NCBI GenBank assembly: GCA_963720545.1
Contig: OY970399.1
Span: 384,001 to 448,000 of the forward strand
Origin: an uncultured Acidobacteriota bacterium
Lineage (GTDB): Bacteria > Acidobacteriota > Vicinamibacteria > Fen-336
Length of the DNA stretch: 64,000 nt
Reading direction: 5' to 3'
Of this stretch, positions 44,318 to 54,049 are shown in pieces. Below the pieces are notes generated by a model that worked only from the letters and a program-made list of their open reading frames with translations, was not told the DNA's origin and ran no database searches. A program made the translations under genes and the position numbers. Numbering within the stretch: position 1 is the first letter of the stretch; the number at the start of each line of letters is the position of its first letter.

Positions 44318-46302
44318 CAGGCCCGGAACATCCCTTCGCGATACGCGACGATCCTGCCGGCAACCGCCGACGCCGCGACTGTCAGCGGCGACGCGAGATA
44401 CAGCCGGCCCGGACCCGAGCGGTTCTGGTAGTTGCGGTTGATCGCCGAAACCGTCACCTGCTCGCGCGTCGTCGAGACGCCCGGACCGCAGCCAATGCAG
44501 GCACCGCAACCCGGATGGATGACGCGCACGCCCGCTTGCGCGAACACCTCGAGATAGCCGCGAGCGCGGGCGTAGCGCTCCACCGATTCCGAGCCGAACT
44601 GGATGACGAACTCGACGCCGTCCTTCACCTTGCGGCCCGACAGGACCGCGTCGCGCATCACGCGCGCGTACATGTCGAGGTCGTCTTCCTTGCCGGCGGT
44701 GCACGAGCCGCCGTAGGCGATGTCGATGGGCACCTCACCGAGATCCTCGACGTAGGCGCCGTTCGTCGGGTCGGACGGTATGCCGGCTTCCGGATTGCCT
44801 GGCGTCGCGACCATCGGCCGCACCGCGGCGAGGTCGATGGCGTGCACGCCGCCCTGGTACTCCGCACCGGGATCGGGCGCCACCACCTTGGCGCGCAGCG
44901 CTTCGAGCGAGGCGTCCGGGCGGCGCTCGACCAGCCAGCGCAGCATCGCTTCGTCGGCCTCGACCACGCCGGCCTTGGCGGAGCACTCGGTCGCCATGTT
45001 GGCGAGCGTCGCGCGCTCGTCCGGCGACAGCGCCGCGAGCCCCGGCCCGCCGAACTCCATGACGCGGTCGAGCGTCTGCTGCTGCTTCGCGTGGTTCGCG
45101 AGGATGTAGAGCATGACGTCCTTGGCGGCGACGCCTGGCTGCAGTTCGCCGTGCAGCTCGAAGCGGATCGACTCGGGCACCTCGACGAATGTGATGCCGT
45201 TGCGCAACAGCGCCGCGTATTCGGTCGCGCCGACGCCGTAGGCGAGCGCGTTCAAGGCGCCGCCCATGCAGGTGTGGCTGTCGGTCGCCTGGATGAAGTC
45301 GCCGGGCTCGATGATGCGCTCGCGCGCCACTGTGTGGCAGATCCCCGGCGAGATGCCGTCCCGCGCCGAGTAGTCGAGGACGCCGGTGTGCTTCTGGAAC
45401 ACGCGCTGCATCTCGCGCAGCGTCTCGATCTTGGGCGCGAACGCGGCCATCTTCGGCAGCGTCTCGGCGTAGATCAGGTGATCCTCGAACACCGCGAACT
45501 TCGCGGGGTTCGGCACCTGGTAGTCGGCGCCGTACTCGTTCTCGAGAAAGTAGTGCACCTGCGCGGTGGTGAACTCGTGCGAATAGCCGCCGTCGACGCG
45601 CACCGAGATGGCGTCGCCCGGCCGCACCGCGGCGGCACCGCCAGGGCTCGCGACGTGCCGCGCCAGGATCTTCTCCGCGATGTTCATCGCGCGCGGCTCG
45701 CGCGCCACCGACGGCAGCTGCACCTCGCCCCTGACGAAGCTCGAGGTGAACGCGAACAGGCCGCCGTGCTCGATGACTTTCTGCGTGATGACGTCGTAAC
45801 CGCGGGTGAACTCGGCAAGCGGAATGCCCTCGCCTGCCTGCAGCCGCACCAGCATGCCGTGATCGCCCATCAACACGCCCTGGGCGATGTTGTTGCGCGC
45901 GTGGATCGGCGCGAAGGACGCCGCGATCGCGATGCGGATGCCCGACCACTTCTCGGCCTGCACCGCGGTCTCGCGCGACGAGCCGACGCCCTTGCGGTAG
46001 CCGGAGACGATGACCTCGAAGCCGCCGTCCGCCAGCGCGCCTTCGGGGAACAGGCGCTCGCCATCGACCGAGATGCCCGCGTATGCATTGCGGGAGATGT
46101 CCTCGGGCTTGTAGTCGAAGCAGGCCCAGGCGGGCGTCATCGCGTCGGTGTTGACATCGTCGAGCAGCTGGTCGAGCTGCAGGTCGGCCATGCGCAGGTC
46201 GAGCTCGCCGCGCAGCTGGGCACGGATGAGCTGCGGATCCTTGGTGAGGAAGAAGACCCGCTTGCCGGGCGTGAGGCGGATCGGGCTTTCAGGCCGGCTC
46301 AT
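44317..46302 (-). CDS. Aconitase-family hydratase with fused LeuD-like (N) and LeuC-like (C) domains
   Basis: N-terminal DDVNTDAMTP and GVGSSRE (swivel domain); C-terminal GICH, TDSHTCMGG, GGSCTAG, GCGACIG and YLASP. Confidence 0.9.
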   Translation of the reverse strand: MSRPESPIRLTPGKRVFFLTKDPQLIRAQLRGELDLRMADLQLDQLLDDVNTDAMTPAWACFDYKPEDISRNAYAGISVDGERLFPEGALADGGFEVIVSGYRKGVGSSRETAVQAEKWSGIRIAIAASFAPIHARNNIAQGVLMGDHGMLVRLQAGEGIPLAEFTRGYDVITQKVIEHGGLFAFTSSFVRGEVQLPSVAREPRAMNIAEKILARHVASPGGAAAVRPGDAISVRVDGGYSHEFTTAQVHYFLENEYGADYQVPNPAKFAVFEDHLIYAETLPKMAAFAPKIETLREMQRVFQKHTGVLDYSARDGISPGICHTVARERIIEPGDFIQATDSHTCMGGALNALAYGVGATEYAALLRNGITFVEVPESIRFELHGELQPGVAAKDVMLYILANHAKQQQTLDRVMEFGGPGLAALSPDERATLANMATECSAKAGVVEADEAMLRWLVERRPDASLEALRAKVVAPDPGAEYQGGVHAIDLAAVRPMVATPGNPEAGIPSDPTNGAYVEDLGEVPIDIAYGGSCTAGKEDDLDMYARVMRDAVLSGRKVKDGVEFVIQFGSESVERYARARGYLEVFAQAGVRVIHPGCGACIGCGPGVSTTREQVTVSAINRNYQNRSGPGRLYLASPLTVAASAVAGRIVAYREGMFRA

Positions 46303-47357
46303 CGCAGGCGCGCCTCGATCGCCGCGCCGACTTCGCTCGTGCCGAAGGTACCGCCGATGTCGCTGGTGGTGCGGCTTTCGCTCACCGCCCAGCGCACCGC
46401 GTCCTCGATGCGCTGCGCCTCCTCCTGCCAGCCGAGGTATTCGAGCATGAGGCCTCCAGTCAGTATCGCGCCCATGGGATTCGCGACGTTCTTCCCGGCA
46501 AGCGGCGGCGACGAGCCGTGCACCGGCTCGAACAGGCTGAGGCGGCCGGGGTGGATGTTCCCCGAGGCCGCCATACCCAGGCCGCCCTGCAGGCCGGCCG
46601 CGAGATCCGTCACGATGTCGCCGAACATGTTGGAGGTCACGATGACCGCGAACTGCTTCGGCTCGCGGATCATCTGCAAGGCAAGATTATCAACGTACAG
46701 GTGGCGCGCCTCGATGCCGGGAAACTCCGCGGCCACCTCACGGAAGGTGCGCAGCCACAGCTCGTGGCCGTGGGTGAGGACGTTCGACTTGTCCGCCATG
46801 GCGACGCGGTCGCGGCCGCGCGCCACTGCGAACTCGAAGGCGTGGCGGATGATGCGCTCCACGCCCTTGCGGGTGTTGAGGTCAACTTCGGTCGCCACCT
46901 CGTCGGCGGTGCCCCTCTTGAAGTTGCCGCCCATGGCGACGTACAGGCCCTCGGTGTTCTCGCGGAAGATCGCCATGTCCACGTCTTCCGGCTTCGCAGC
47001 CTTCAGCGGGCAGAGGCGCGCGTCGAACAGCTTCACCGGGCGGTAGTTGACGTAGAGGTCGAGCTTGAAGCGCATCCCCAGCAGGATGTCGGCGGCGTGG
47101 CGGTTGTCGGGCACGCGCGGATCGCCGAGCGCGCCGAACAGGATGGCGTCGTATCCGGAGCGCAGCTCTTCGAGGGCGCCGTCGGGCAGCGTCACGCCGG
47201 TCTTCAGGTACTTGTCGGCGCCCCAGTCGAACTCGGTGAAATGCAGCGTCTTGCCCGCGGCGGCGGCGGCGGCGCGCAACACCCGCACGGCCTGCGCCGT
47301 GACCTCGACGCCGATGCCGTCGCCGGGGATCACCGCGATGCGCTTCGTCGTCGTCAT
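46299..47357 (-). CDS. leuB: 3-isopropylmalate dehydrogenase (isocitrate/isopropylmalate family)
   Basis: PGDGIGVEV, RENTEGLY, NMFGDIVTD and FEPVHGS motifs; start MTTTKRIAV. Confidence 0.85.
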   Translation of the reverse strand: MTTTKRIAVIPGDGIGVEVTAQAVRVLRAAAAAAGKTLHFTEFDWGADKYLKTGVTLPDGALEELRSGYDAILFGALGDPRVPDNRHAADILLGMRFKLDLYVNYRPVKLFDARLCPLKAAKPEDVDMAIFRENTEGLYVAMGGNFKRGTADEVATEVDLNTRKGVERIIRHAFEFAVARGRDRVAMADKSNVLTHGHELWLRTFREVAAEFPGIEARHLYVDNLALQMIREPKQFAVIVTSNMFGDIVTDLAAGLQGGLGMAASGNIHPGRLSLFEPVHGSSPPLAGKNVANPMGAILTGGLMLEYLGWQEEAQRIEDAVRWAVSESRTTSDIGGTFGTSEVGAAIEARLR

Positions 47358-47728
47358 AGAGCCCGCCGCTTTCGCGATGGCCCGAAGCGCACGTAGGCGC
47401 CCGCGCCCAGAACGCCGCCCGCGAAGTCCTTGACGACGTCGAGCGCCGACGAGTCGCGCAGCGGTACGAACGACTGATGCCATTCGTCGCTCACGCCGTA
47501 GAGCGTGGCGAAGACGACGGCGAGCAACGCGGCACCGAGTGTCAGCGGCTTCCCGGCGGCGAACGCCCGACAGAGGAGCAACGCGAGGATCGCGTACACG
47601 ACCGGATGGCTGATCCAGTCGGGAATGAGGGCGAGGTCGCCCGGCGCCGGATGCTGCAGCGAGGACATATAGAAGATGATGGCCATCCACCCGAGGGCAG
47701 GCAGCCAGTATTTCAGCAACCAGGCCAC
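47354..47728 (-). CDS. VanZ-family membrane protein
   Basis: YGVSDEWHQSFVPLR...DVVKD motif. Confidence 0.85.
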   Translation of the reverse strand: MAWLLKYWLPALGWMAIIFYMSSLQHPAPGDLALIPDWISHPVVYAILALLLCRAFAAGKPLTLGAALLAVVFATLYGVSDEWHQSFVPLRDSSALDVVKDFAGGVLGAGAYVRFGPSRKRRAL

Positions 47729-47735
47729 GGCTGCG

Positions 47736-47912
47736 CTACGCCGGGAACGGGTACATCAGCCAGCCCGCGAGGATGGCGCAGAGCGTGAACCCGGCGAAGG
47801 CATAGAGTGCAAACCGCCAGCGCGCCTGCGGCGTGTCGCGCATCAGCACCGCGAACACCGCCGACACCAGCGCCGAGAAGACGAGCAGCAGGAGCAGGTG
47901 GCTGTGGGGCAC
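47736..47912 (-). CDS. Small (58 aa) two-TM hypothetical protein
   Basis: GTG start overlaps the upstream stop; HLLLLLVFSALVSAVFAVL...GWLMYPFP fills the operon gap exactly. Confidence 0.65.
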   Translation of the reverse strand: MPHSHLLLLLVFSALVSAVFAVLMRDTPQARWRFALYAFAGFTLCAILAGWLMYPFPA

Positions 47913-48310
47913 TACGGCTTCCTTCCGGTCGCGATGTCGAACGCGTCGAGCATCGCCAGGATGTTGAGGAGCCCCGCCACCTCGGTGAAGGTGTTGCCGT
48001 ACTCGAACAGCACCGCGCGCACGTTGCCGTCCACGAAGCCGAGCGTACGGGCGAGAAACCCCGCGGCGCCCGTGAAGAATTGTGCAACCGTGCGCAGCGA
48101 CTCGAAAATGTCGTCCCAGCCGAGGTAGGTGGCGAGCCGGGCATCCATGGCGACGCCGATCACAAACAAGGCAAGGATGCCGGCAAAAAAGACCACGGCG
48201 CGGCCGCGGCGGCCCAGATACCAGTGGCCGAGGCCCGGGACGAGCCATGCGAGCGCCACGGCTACGCCTGCCGTTGCGCGGCCGGAACTCGTCTCGTCCG
48301 AGGGACTCAT
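47912..48310 (-). CDS. Membrane protein with LVPGLGHWY motif (DUF6677-like)
   Basis: LAWLVPGLGHWYLG and VAGLLNILAMLDAFD motifs. Confidence 0.7.
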   Translation of the reverse strand: MSPSDETSSGRATAGVAVALAWLVPGLGHWYLGRRGRAVVFFAGILALFVIGVAMDARLATYLGWDDIFESLRTVAQFFTGAAGFLARTLGFVDGNVRAVLFEYGNTFTEVAGLLNILAMLDAFDIATGRKP

Positions 48311-48397
48311 GAGCGGGAATCGAATGTTAACTCGAAGTGTGATGCCTGCGGTTGACCCCTCAACTACCGGTGCCTAATATGAAAACGGGGCCGTGAA

Positions 48398-50215
48398 TTG
48401 CCGATCAAACTGCTGATTCGATCGTTCGTGCTCGTTGCCGCGGTGGCGACCGGCGCGCAGGCGCAGACCGCCAACGAAATCATGCCGCTCGACCAGGTCA
48501 AGCCCGGCATGAAGGGCGTGGGGCGCACCGTGTTCGCCGGGTCGAAGATCGAGACCTTCGACGTCGAGATCATCGGGGTGCTCGAGAACGCCGTCGCGCC
48601 GAAGCACTCCATGGTGATGGCCAAGCTGAGCGGCGGTCCGCTTGCGAATACCGGTGTCATCGCCGGCATGAGCGGCAGCCCGGTCTACATCGACGGCAAG
48701 CTGCTCGGTGCCGTCGCGTACGGCTTTCCCTTCTCCAAGGAAACGATCGCCGGCATCACCCCCGCCGGCGACATGATCGCGGCCACCGCCACCGGCGCGC
48801 CGCGCTCAGCCGCCACCCGGCTCAGCTTCCCGACGCAGCCGCCGACGCGCGAGGGCCTCTTCAACCCGCAGGTGTTCCGCCAGGTGCTCGCGCAGCGGCT
48901 CGCCGCGGTGCCGCTCGCGAGCGGTGTCGCGAGCCGCACCATGGCGCCGCTCGCCCTGCCGCTCAACTTCGCGGGCTTCGACAACGCCGCCTTCGGCGAG
49001 CTGCGCAGCTTGTTCGCCGACGCCGGCTTCGCGCCGGTGCTCGGCGGCTCGTCGAGCTCGTCGGCGAGCGCCGAGCCGCTGCCGCCGCTCGAACCGGGCT
49101 CGCCCGTCGGCGTGTCGCTCGTCGAGGGCGATGTCGACCTGTCGGCCACCGGCACCGTGACGTTCCTCGACGGCGACCGGGTCTATGCCTTCGGCCATCC
49201 GTTCTACAACCTCGGTCCGACGCAGTTCCCGATGAAGAAGGCTTACGTCTTCGGCGTGTTCCCGAGCGTCTACCAGTCCTGGAAGATCGCCAACGCCCGC
49301 GAGCTCATCGGCACCCTCGACCAGGACCGCACCACCGCGGTCGCCGGGCGGCTCGGGCCGGCGCCGCGCATGATCCCGGTGAAGGTGCAGCTCTCCACCG
49401 GCCGCGGCGAGGTGCGCGAATTCTCCTTCCGCATGGTGGACGACGAGCTCTTCAGCCCGCTGCTCGCCTACGCGTCGCTGTTCTCGGTGCTGCAGTCGAA
49501 CGAGCGTGCGATGGGCACCTCCACCATGAAGGTGGTGGCCGACATCAGCTTTTCCGGCGGCCGCAAGGTGCACCTCGAAGACCTCTACACCGAAGAGCAG
49601 CCGGCGCTGCATTCGGCAACGCTGGTGGCGGCACCGCTCGCCTACATCCTCTCCAACAACTTCGAGACGGTGGACGTCGAGTCGGTGAACGTGAAGATCG
49701 CCTCGGAAGAAAAGATCCAGAGCGCGATGATCGAGCGCGCCTGGATCGAGGCCGAGGGTCCGGTGCGTCCGGGCGCGACGCTGCCAGTGCGCATCCTGCT
49801 GCGCAGCTACCGCGGCGACAACATCGCGACCACCATGCCGCTCAAGATCCCCGACAACACCCGCGACGGCACCTACCAGGTGCTGGTCGCGGACTCGACG
49901 ACGCTCGACCTGCTCGACCAGCGCGACCCGCGCAAGGCGTTCACGCCGCGCAACCTCGACCAGTTGCTGCGCGCCATCAACTCGTTCCGGCCCAGCAGCC
50001 GCATCTACGCCCGGCTGTCCCGCGCCGGCGAAGGCGCCTTTGTCTCCGGCGAATACCTGCCGTCGCTGCCGCCGTCGGTGCTCGCGGTGCTGCGCGGCGC
50101 GGAGCGCGGCGCCGGCGACATGCCCCTGCGCTCGATGACGCTCGCCGAGCAGCAGCTCGACACCGACCTCGCCGTCAGCGGTTCGCGCACGCTCTCAGTG
50201 ACCGTGAAACGGTGA
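48398..50215 (+). CDS. Secreted SpoIVB-like peptidase S55 protein
   Basis: Signal peptide; GVIAGMSGSPVYIDGKLLGAV and AFGHPF motifs. Confidence 0.85.
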   Translation: MPIKLLIRSFVLVAAVATGAQAQTANEIMPLDQVKPGMKGVGRTVFAGSKIETFDVEIIGVLENAVAPKHSMVMAKLSGGPLANTGVIAGMSGSPVYIDGKLLGAVAYGFPFSKETIAGITPAGDMIAATATGAPRSAATRLSFPTQPPTREGLFNPQVFRQVLAQRLAAVPLASGVASRTMAPLALPLNFAGFDNAAFGELRSLFADAGFAPVLGGSSSSSASAEPLPPLEPGSPVGVSLVEGDVDLSATGTVTFLDGDRVYAFGHPFYNLGPTQFPMKKAYVFGVFPSVYQSWKIANARELIGTLDQDRTTAVAGRLGPAPRMIPVKVQLSTGRGEVREFSFRMVDDELFSPLLAYASLFSVLQSNERAMGTSTMKVVADISFSGGRKVHLEDLYTEEQPALHSATLVAAPLAYILSNNFETVDVESVNVKIASEEKIQSAMIERAWIEAEGPVRPGATLPVRILLRSYRGDNIATTMPLKIPDNTRDGTYQVLVADSTTLDLLDQRDPRKAFTPRNLDQLLRAINSFRPSSRIYARLSRAGEGAFVSGEYLPSLPPSVLAVLRGAERGAGDMPLRSMTLAEQQLDTDLAVSGSRTLSVTVKR

Positions 50216-52473
50216 GGCGGCTCGCCCGCGTCACCGTCCTCGCGCTCGTCGCCCTGCTGCCGGCCGGCGCGTTGTGCGCCGCGCAAGCGCGCTTCTTCCG
50301 CATCGAGGGCGCCACGGCCTTCACCGCCGGCGAGCTCGACGGCCTGGCGGTCGATTCCGAGGGCCGTCTGCGCATGGCGCCGACGACCAGGGTGCTGGCC
50401 GACGCCGAGGCGCCGTTCGTCTGGTCGGTCGCGCTCGACGCGGCCGGCACGGTGTTCGTCGGCACCGGCAACGACGGCAAGATCATGAAGATCGCCGCCG
50501 GCAAGGCCACGACCTTCTTCGACACCAGCGAGTTGCAGGTGACGGCGCTCGCCTTCGGTCCGGACGGCAAGCTCTACGCGGGCACCTCGCCGGACGGCAA
50601 GGTTTACGCGATCGACGCCTCCGGCACCGGTGCCCCGTTCGTCGACCCCGAGGACAAGTACATCTGGTCGATGGGCTTCGACTCGCGCGGCCGGCTGTGG
50701 ATCGGCACCGGCGGCGACGGCGGCCGGCTGCTGCGCGTCGCGATCGGGCCCGGCACGGCACAGCCGCGCATGGAGGCGGTGTTCTCCGACCAGGAGACGC
50801 ACATCGTGAGCATCGCGTTCGACAACGAAGGCGCGGTGCTCGCCGGCAGCTCGCCCGGCGGCATCGTCTACCGCATCTCGCCGGCGGGCCGGCCGAGCGT
50901 GCTCCTCAATTCGCAGTATCGGGAAATCAAGAGCATCGTGCCGGCGCCCGACGGCTCGGTGCTGGTGGCGGCGTTCGGCGCCAGGACCGATGACGACCAG
51001 CCGCAGCCTTTGCCCGCCGCAGGCAGTCCCACCGCCGCGGCAGCTTCAGCCGAAGTGAGCGTGTCGGAATCGTTCACGGTGATAGCACCGCAGAGTGGAG
51101 CGCCCGCGCCCGGCGCCGGTCCGGCAGCGTCCCCCGCCTCGCCGGGCGGCGGTTCGACCACCAACCGCGGCGCGGTCCTGAAGATTTCATCGACCGGCGA
51201 AGCCGATGTCCTCTGGTCCTCTTCGGAAGAAGCGCCCTATGCGCTGCTGCTCGACGGGCAGGACGTCCTGGTCGGCACCGGGCCGCGCGGCCGGCTCTAC
51301 CGGGTGAGCATGGACCAGTCCTACGTCGTGCTCGCGGACTTTCCCGGGGAACAGATCACCGTGCTGCAGAAAGCGGCGGCCGGCGAGGTCATAGCGGCCA
51401 CCTCGAACCCGGGCAGCGTGCACGCGATCTCGAAGGAGACGCGCGCCACCGGCACTTTCACCTCGAAGATCCTCGACGCGCTCACCGCCTCGGCCTGGGG
51501 ACAGGTGCGCTTCGAGGCCGACATCCCGCAGGGCGCGCGCGTCGAGGTGCGTACGCGCTCGGGCCACACTCCCGCGCCCGACAACACCTGGTCGGACTGG
51601 TCGCCGCCGCTCAGCACTGCGCGTGGCGCTGCCAACGACCGTCCCGACGGCCGCTACCTGCAGGTGAAGGTGACGCTCAGCGGTGCGCCGCTGGCGCCGC
51701 CGGTGCTGCACACGGTGGTCGCCGCCTATCTGCAGCACAACCTGCGGCCGGTGATGACGGCTCTCGCCGTGCACCCGCCGGGCGAGGTCTTCCAGAAGCC
51801 GCTCTCGGCCACCGGCGACGTCGAGATCCTCGGCGTGGCGCCGCAGGACGCTCCGGAAAACAAGGCCGCGGCGCGCCAGGGCCAGGGGTCGTCTTCCGCT
51901 TCGCCGACGGCATTCAGCCGGCGCGTCTATCAGAAGGGCTTCCAGACCCTTTCGTGGCGCGCCGAAGACGGCAACGACGACACCCTCACCTACGACGTCA
52001 CCTACCGGCCGATCGGCGCACGGGCCTGGAGCGTGCTGCGCGAAGGGCTCACAGATCCGGTGCTCGCCTTCGACACGCAGACGCTGCCGAACGGCCGCTA
52101 CGTGGTGAAGGTCACCGCTTCCGACTCGGCCTCGAACCCGCCGGCTACCGCGCTCAGCGCCACGCTCGAGAGCGACGGCTTCGACATCGACAACACCCCG
52201 CCCACGATCACGGCCCGCGCCCTCCCCGGCAGCCAGCCGGCGATCGTCGCCGAGGTGCGCGACGACCAGAGCGTCATCGGCAAGGTCGAGTTCTCGGTGG
52301 ACGGCGGCCGCTGGTTCGAGGTGCAGCCAAAGGACGGCATCGACGACGGCCTGGTGGAGAGCTACGACATCGTGCTGCCCTTCGGCATCGCCACCGGCAA
52401 CCACGTGGTGGTGGTCCGCGCCAGCGACGCGCTCGACAACGCCGCCACTGCCAGCGTGGTCGTAACCCGCTAG
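50212..52473 (+). CDS. Secreted beta-propeller protein with C-terminal Ig/FN3-like domains
   Basis: Signal peptide; repeated GT/SPxG-x-VY propeller units; GRYVVKVTASD and IDNTPP motifs; GTGA overlap with the upstream gene. Confidence 0.75.
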   Translation: MRRLARVTVLALVALLPAGALCAAQARFFRIEGATAFTAGELDGLAVDSEGRLRMAPTTRVLADAEAPFVWSVALDAAGTVFVGTGNDGKIMKIAAGKATTFFDTSELQVTALAFGPDGKLYAGTSPDGKVYAIDASGTGAPFVDPEDKYIWSMGFDSRGRLWIGTGGDGGRLLRVAIGPGTAQPRMEAVFSDQETHIVSIAFDNEGAVLAGSSPGGIVYRISPAGRPSVLLNSQYREIKSIVPAPDGSVLVAAFGARTDDDQPQPLPAAGSPTAAAASAEVSVSESFTVIAPQSGAPAPGAGPAASPASPGGGSTTNRGAVLKISSTGEADVLWSSSEEAPYALLLDGQDVLVGTGPRGRLYRVSMDQSYVVLADFPGEQITVLQKAAAGEVIAATSNPGSVHAISKETRATGTFTSKILDALTASAWGQVRFEADIPQGARVEVRTRSGHTPAPDNTWSDWSPPLSTARGAANDRPDGRYLQVKVTLSGAPLAPPVLHTVVAAYLQHNLRPVMTALAVHPPGEVFQKPLSATGDVEILGVAPQDAPENKAAARQGQGSSSASPTAFSRRVYQKGFQTLSWRAEDGNDDTLTYDVTYRPIGARAWSVLREGLTDPVLAFDTQTLPNGRYVVKVTASDSASNPPATALSATLESDGFDIDNTPPTITARALPGSQPAIVAEVRDDQSVIGKVEFSVDGGRWFEVQPKDGIDDGLVESYDIVLPFGIATGNHVVVVRASDALDNAATASVVVTR

Positions 52474-52484
52474 CCGGTTCGGAC

Positions 52485-53162
52485 ATGATCTTTATCGCCT
52501 TGTCGGGGCTCGTGGCCGGCGCGGTCCATGTGGTCACCGGCATCGACCACATGGCGGCGCTGGTTCCTCTGAGCGTCGGCCGCCACCTGAAGGCGCTGCG
52601 CACCGGCGCCATCTGGGGCCTCGGCCACAGCACCGGCGTCCTTGCCGTCGGCGCGGTCGCGCTCATGGCCCGCAGCCTGCTGCACGTGGACCTGGTCAGC
52701 TCGGTGGGCGAACGCCTGGTGGGCGCGGCGCTCGTCGCGATCGGCCTCTTCGCGATCCGCGGCGCTCTGCGCCTCGAGATCCACAGCCACGTGCACGCGC
52801 ACGACGGCGCCGGGCCGCACGCGCACCTGCACGCCCATCCGCGCCGTGCCGTCTCGCATGAGCCCTCAGCGCACCACGGCCACACCGCGATGGCGGCAGG
52901 CACGCTGCACGGCGTCGCCGGCAGCGCGCACCTGTTCGGCATCCTGCCGGCGCTGGCGCTTCCCTCCCGCGGCGGCGCCGCGCTCTACCTCCTGATGTTC
53001 GCGGCCGGCACCGTGTTCGCGATGGCCGGCTTCGCTGCCGCCGTCGGCGTCACCACCGCGGGCGCCGCGCGCACCAGCAGCCGCCTGCGGCCGGCGCTCG
53101 TCGCAGCCGGTGCGCTCGCCTGCGCCGTGGGCCTCTACTGGCTCGTGGCGCCAGCGTCCTGA
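52485..53162 (+). CDS. NicO/UreH-like His-rich nickel/cobalt transporter
   Basis: HVVTGIDHMAA, WGLGHS, His-rich loop HSHVHAHDGAGPHAHLHAH and GTLHGVAGS. Confidence 0.8.
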   Translation: MIFIALSGLVAGAVHVVTGIDHMAALVPLSVGRHLKALRTGAIWGLGHSTGVLAVGAVALMARSLLHVDLVSSVGERLVGAALVAIGLFAIRGALRLEIHSHVHAHDGAGPHAHLHAHPRRAVSHEPSAHHGHTAMAAGTLHGVAGSAHLFGILPALALPSRGGAALYLLMFAAGTVFAMAGFAAAVGVTTAGAARTSSRLRPALVAAGALACAVGLYWLVAPAS

Positions 53163-53173
53163 CGCGCACGGTC

Positions 53174-54049
53174 GTGGTTCGCGCCGGCGCCCTGGGCGAC
53201 GTCCTGCTCCTGCGCCCCGCGCTTGCGGCGCTGCGCTCGGCCGGGCACGAGGTGCACCTGCTGACACCGGGCGCAGGCCGTCTCCTCGACCCCGACCGCC
53301 ATCTCGATTTCGAGAGCCCGAACTTCGCCCACGTTCTCGGCGGCGGACCGTGGCCCGCGGCCTGGCCGGTCTGCGACGCAGCCCTCATCGTCTCCGCCGA
53401 CGAAGCAGTGCGTGGCGCCCTGCACCGGCTGGTCCTGCAGGTTATCGACTGCGAGCCGCTGCCGCCGCCCGGCGTGCACGCCGCCGACCACTACGCCGCG
53501 GCGCTCGCGGAACTGGACATAGCGCCGGTGCCCGCGGCGGCTGTGCCGCTGCTGCAGTTTGCGCCGCGTGCGCTCGAGGCGAGTTTCGCGGTGCGCGAGC
53601 GGCTGCCGGAGCGCTTTCTCGCGATCCATCCCGGCAGCGGCTCGCCGGGCAAGAACTGGCCGGCCGCGTCGTTCGCGGAGCTCGCCGCGATCCTCTCGCC
53701 CGATGCGGCGTGGCTCCTCGTCGAGGGTCCGGCCGACGGCGCCGAGGTCGTGGCGCTGGCCGCGGAGCCGGGCGCCGTGCGCAGCGGCACGCTGCCGCTC
53801 GCGGCGCTCGGCGCGCTCCTGTCCCAGGCCGGCCTCTATGTCGGCAACGATTCCGGCGTCTCGCACCTGGCGGCTGCGATCGGCATCCCCACGCTCGCGC
53901 TCTTCGGCCCGACGGAGGCCGCGATGTGGCGGCCCGTGGGCCCGGTCGTGCGCGCGCTGCAGGCGCCGGGCGGCGACCTGCGCCGCCTCAGCGCTGCCGA
54001 CGTCGCCTACGTGAGCGGCGTGACGTCCATGCGGCTGAAGAGCCGGTAG
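53174..54049 (+). CDS. Glycosyltransferase family 9 (heptosyltransferase-like)
   Basis: GALGDVLL, HPGSGSPGKNWP, GNDSGVSHLAAA and LFGPT motifs. Confidence 0.9.
   Translation: MVRAGALGDVLLLRPALAALRSAGHEVHLLTPGAGRLLDPDRHLDFESPNFAHVLGGGPWPAAWPVCDAALIVSADEAVRGALHRLVLQVIDCEPLPPPGVHAADHYAAALAELDIAPVPAAAVPLLQFAPRALEASFAVRERLPERFLAIHPGSGSPGKNWPAASFAELAAILSPDAAWLLVEGPADGAEVVALAAEPGAVRSGTLPLAALGALLSQAGLYVGNDSGVSHLAAAIGIPTLALFGPTEAAMWRPVGPVVRALQAPGGDLRRLSAADVAYVSGVTSMRLKSR

Noticed and set aside
54007..54049. 43-bp convergent overlap of the GT9 and anti-sigma genes
   Set aside because: Short tail-to-tail overlaps are common in GC-rich genomes with few stop codons.
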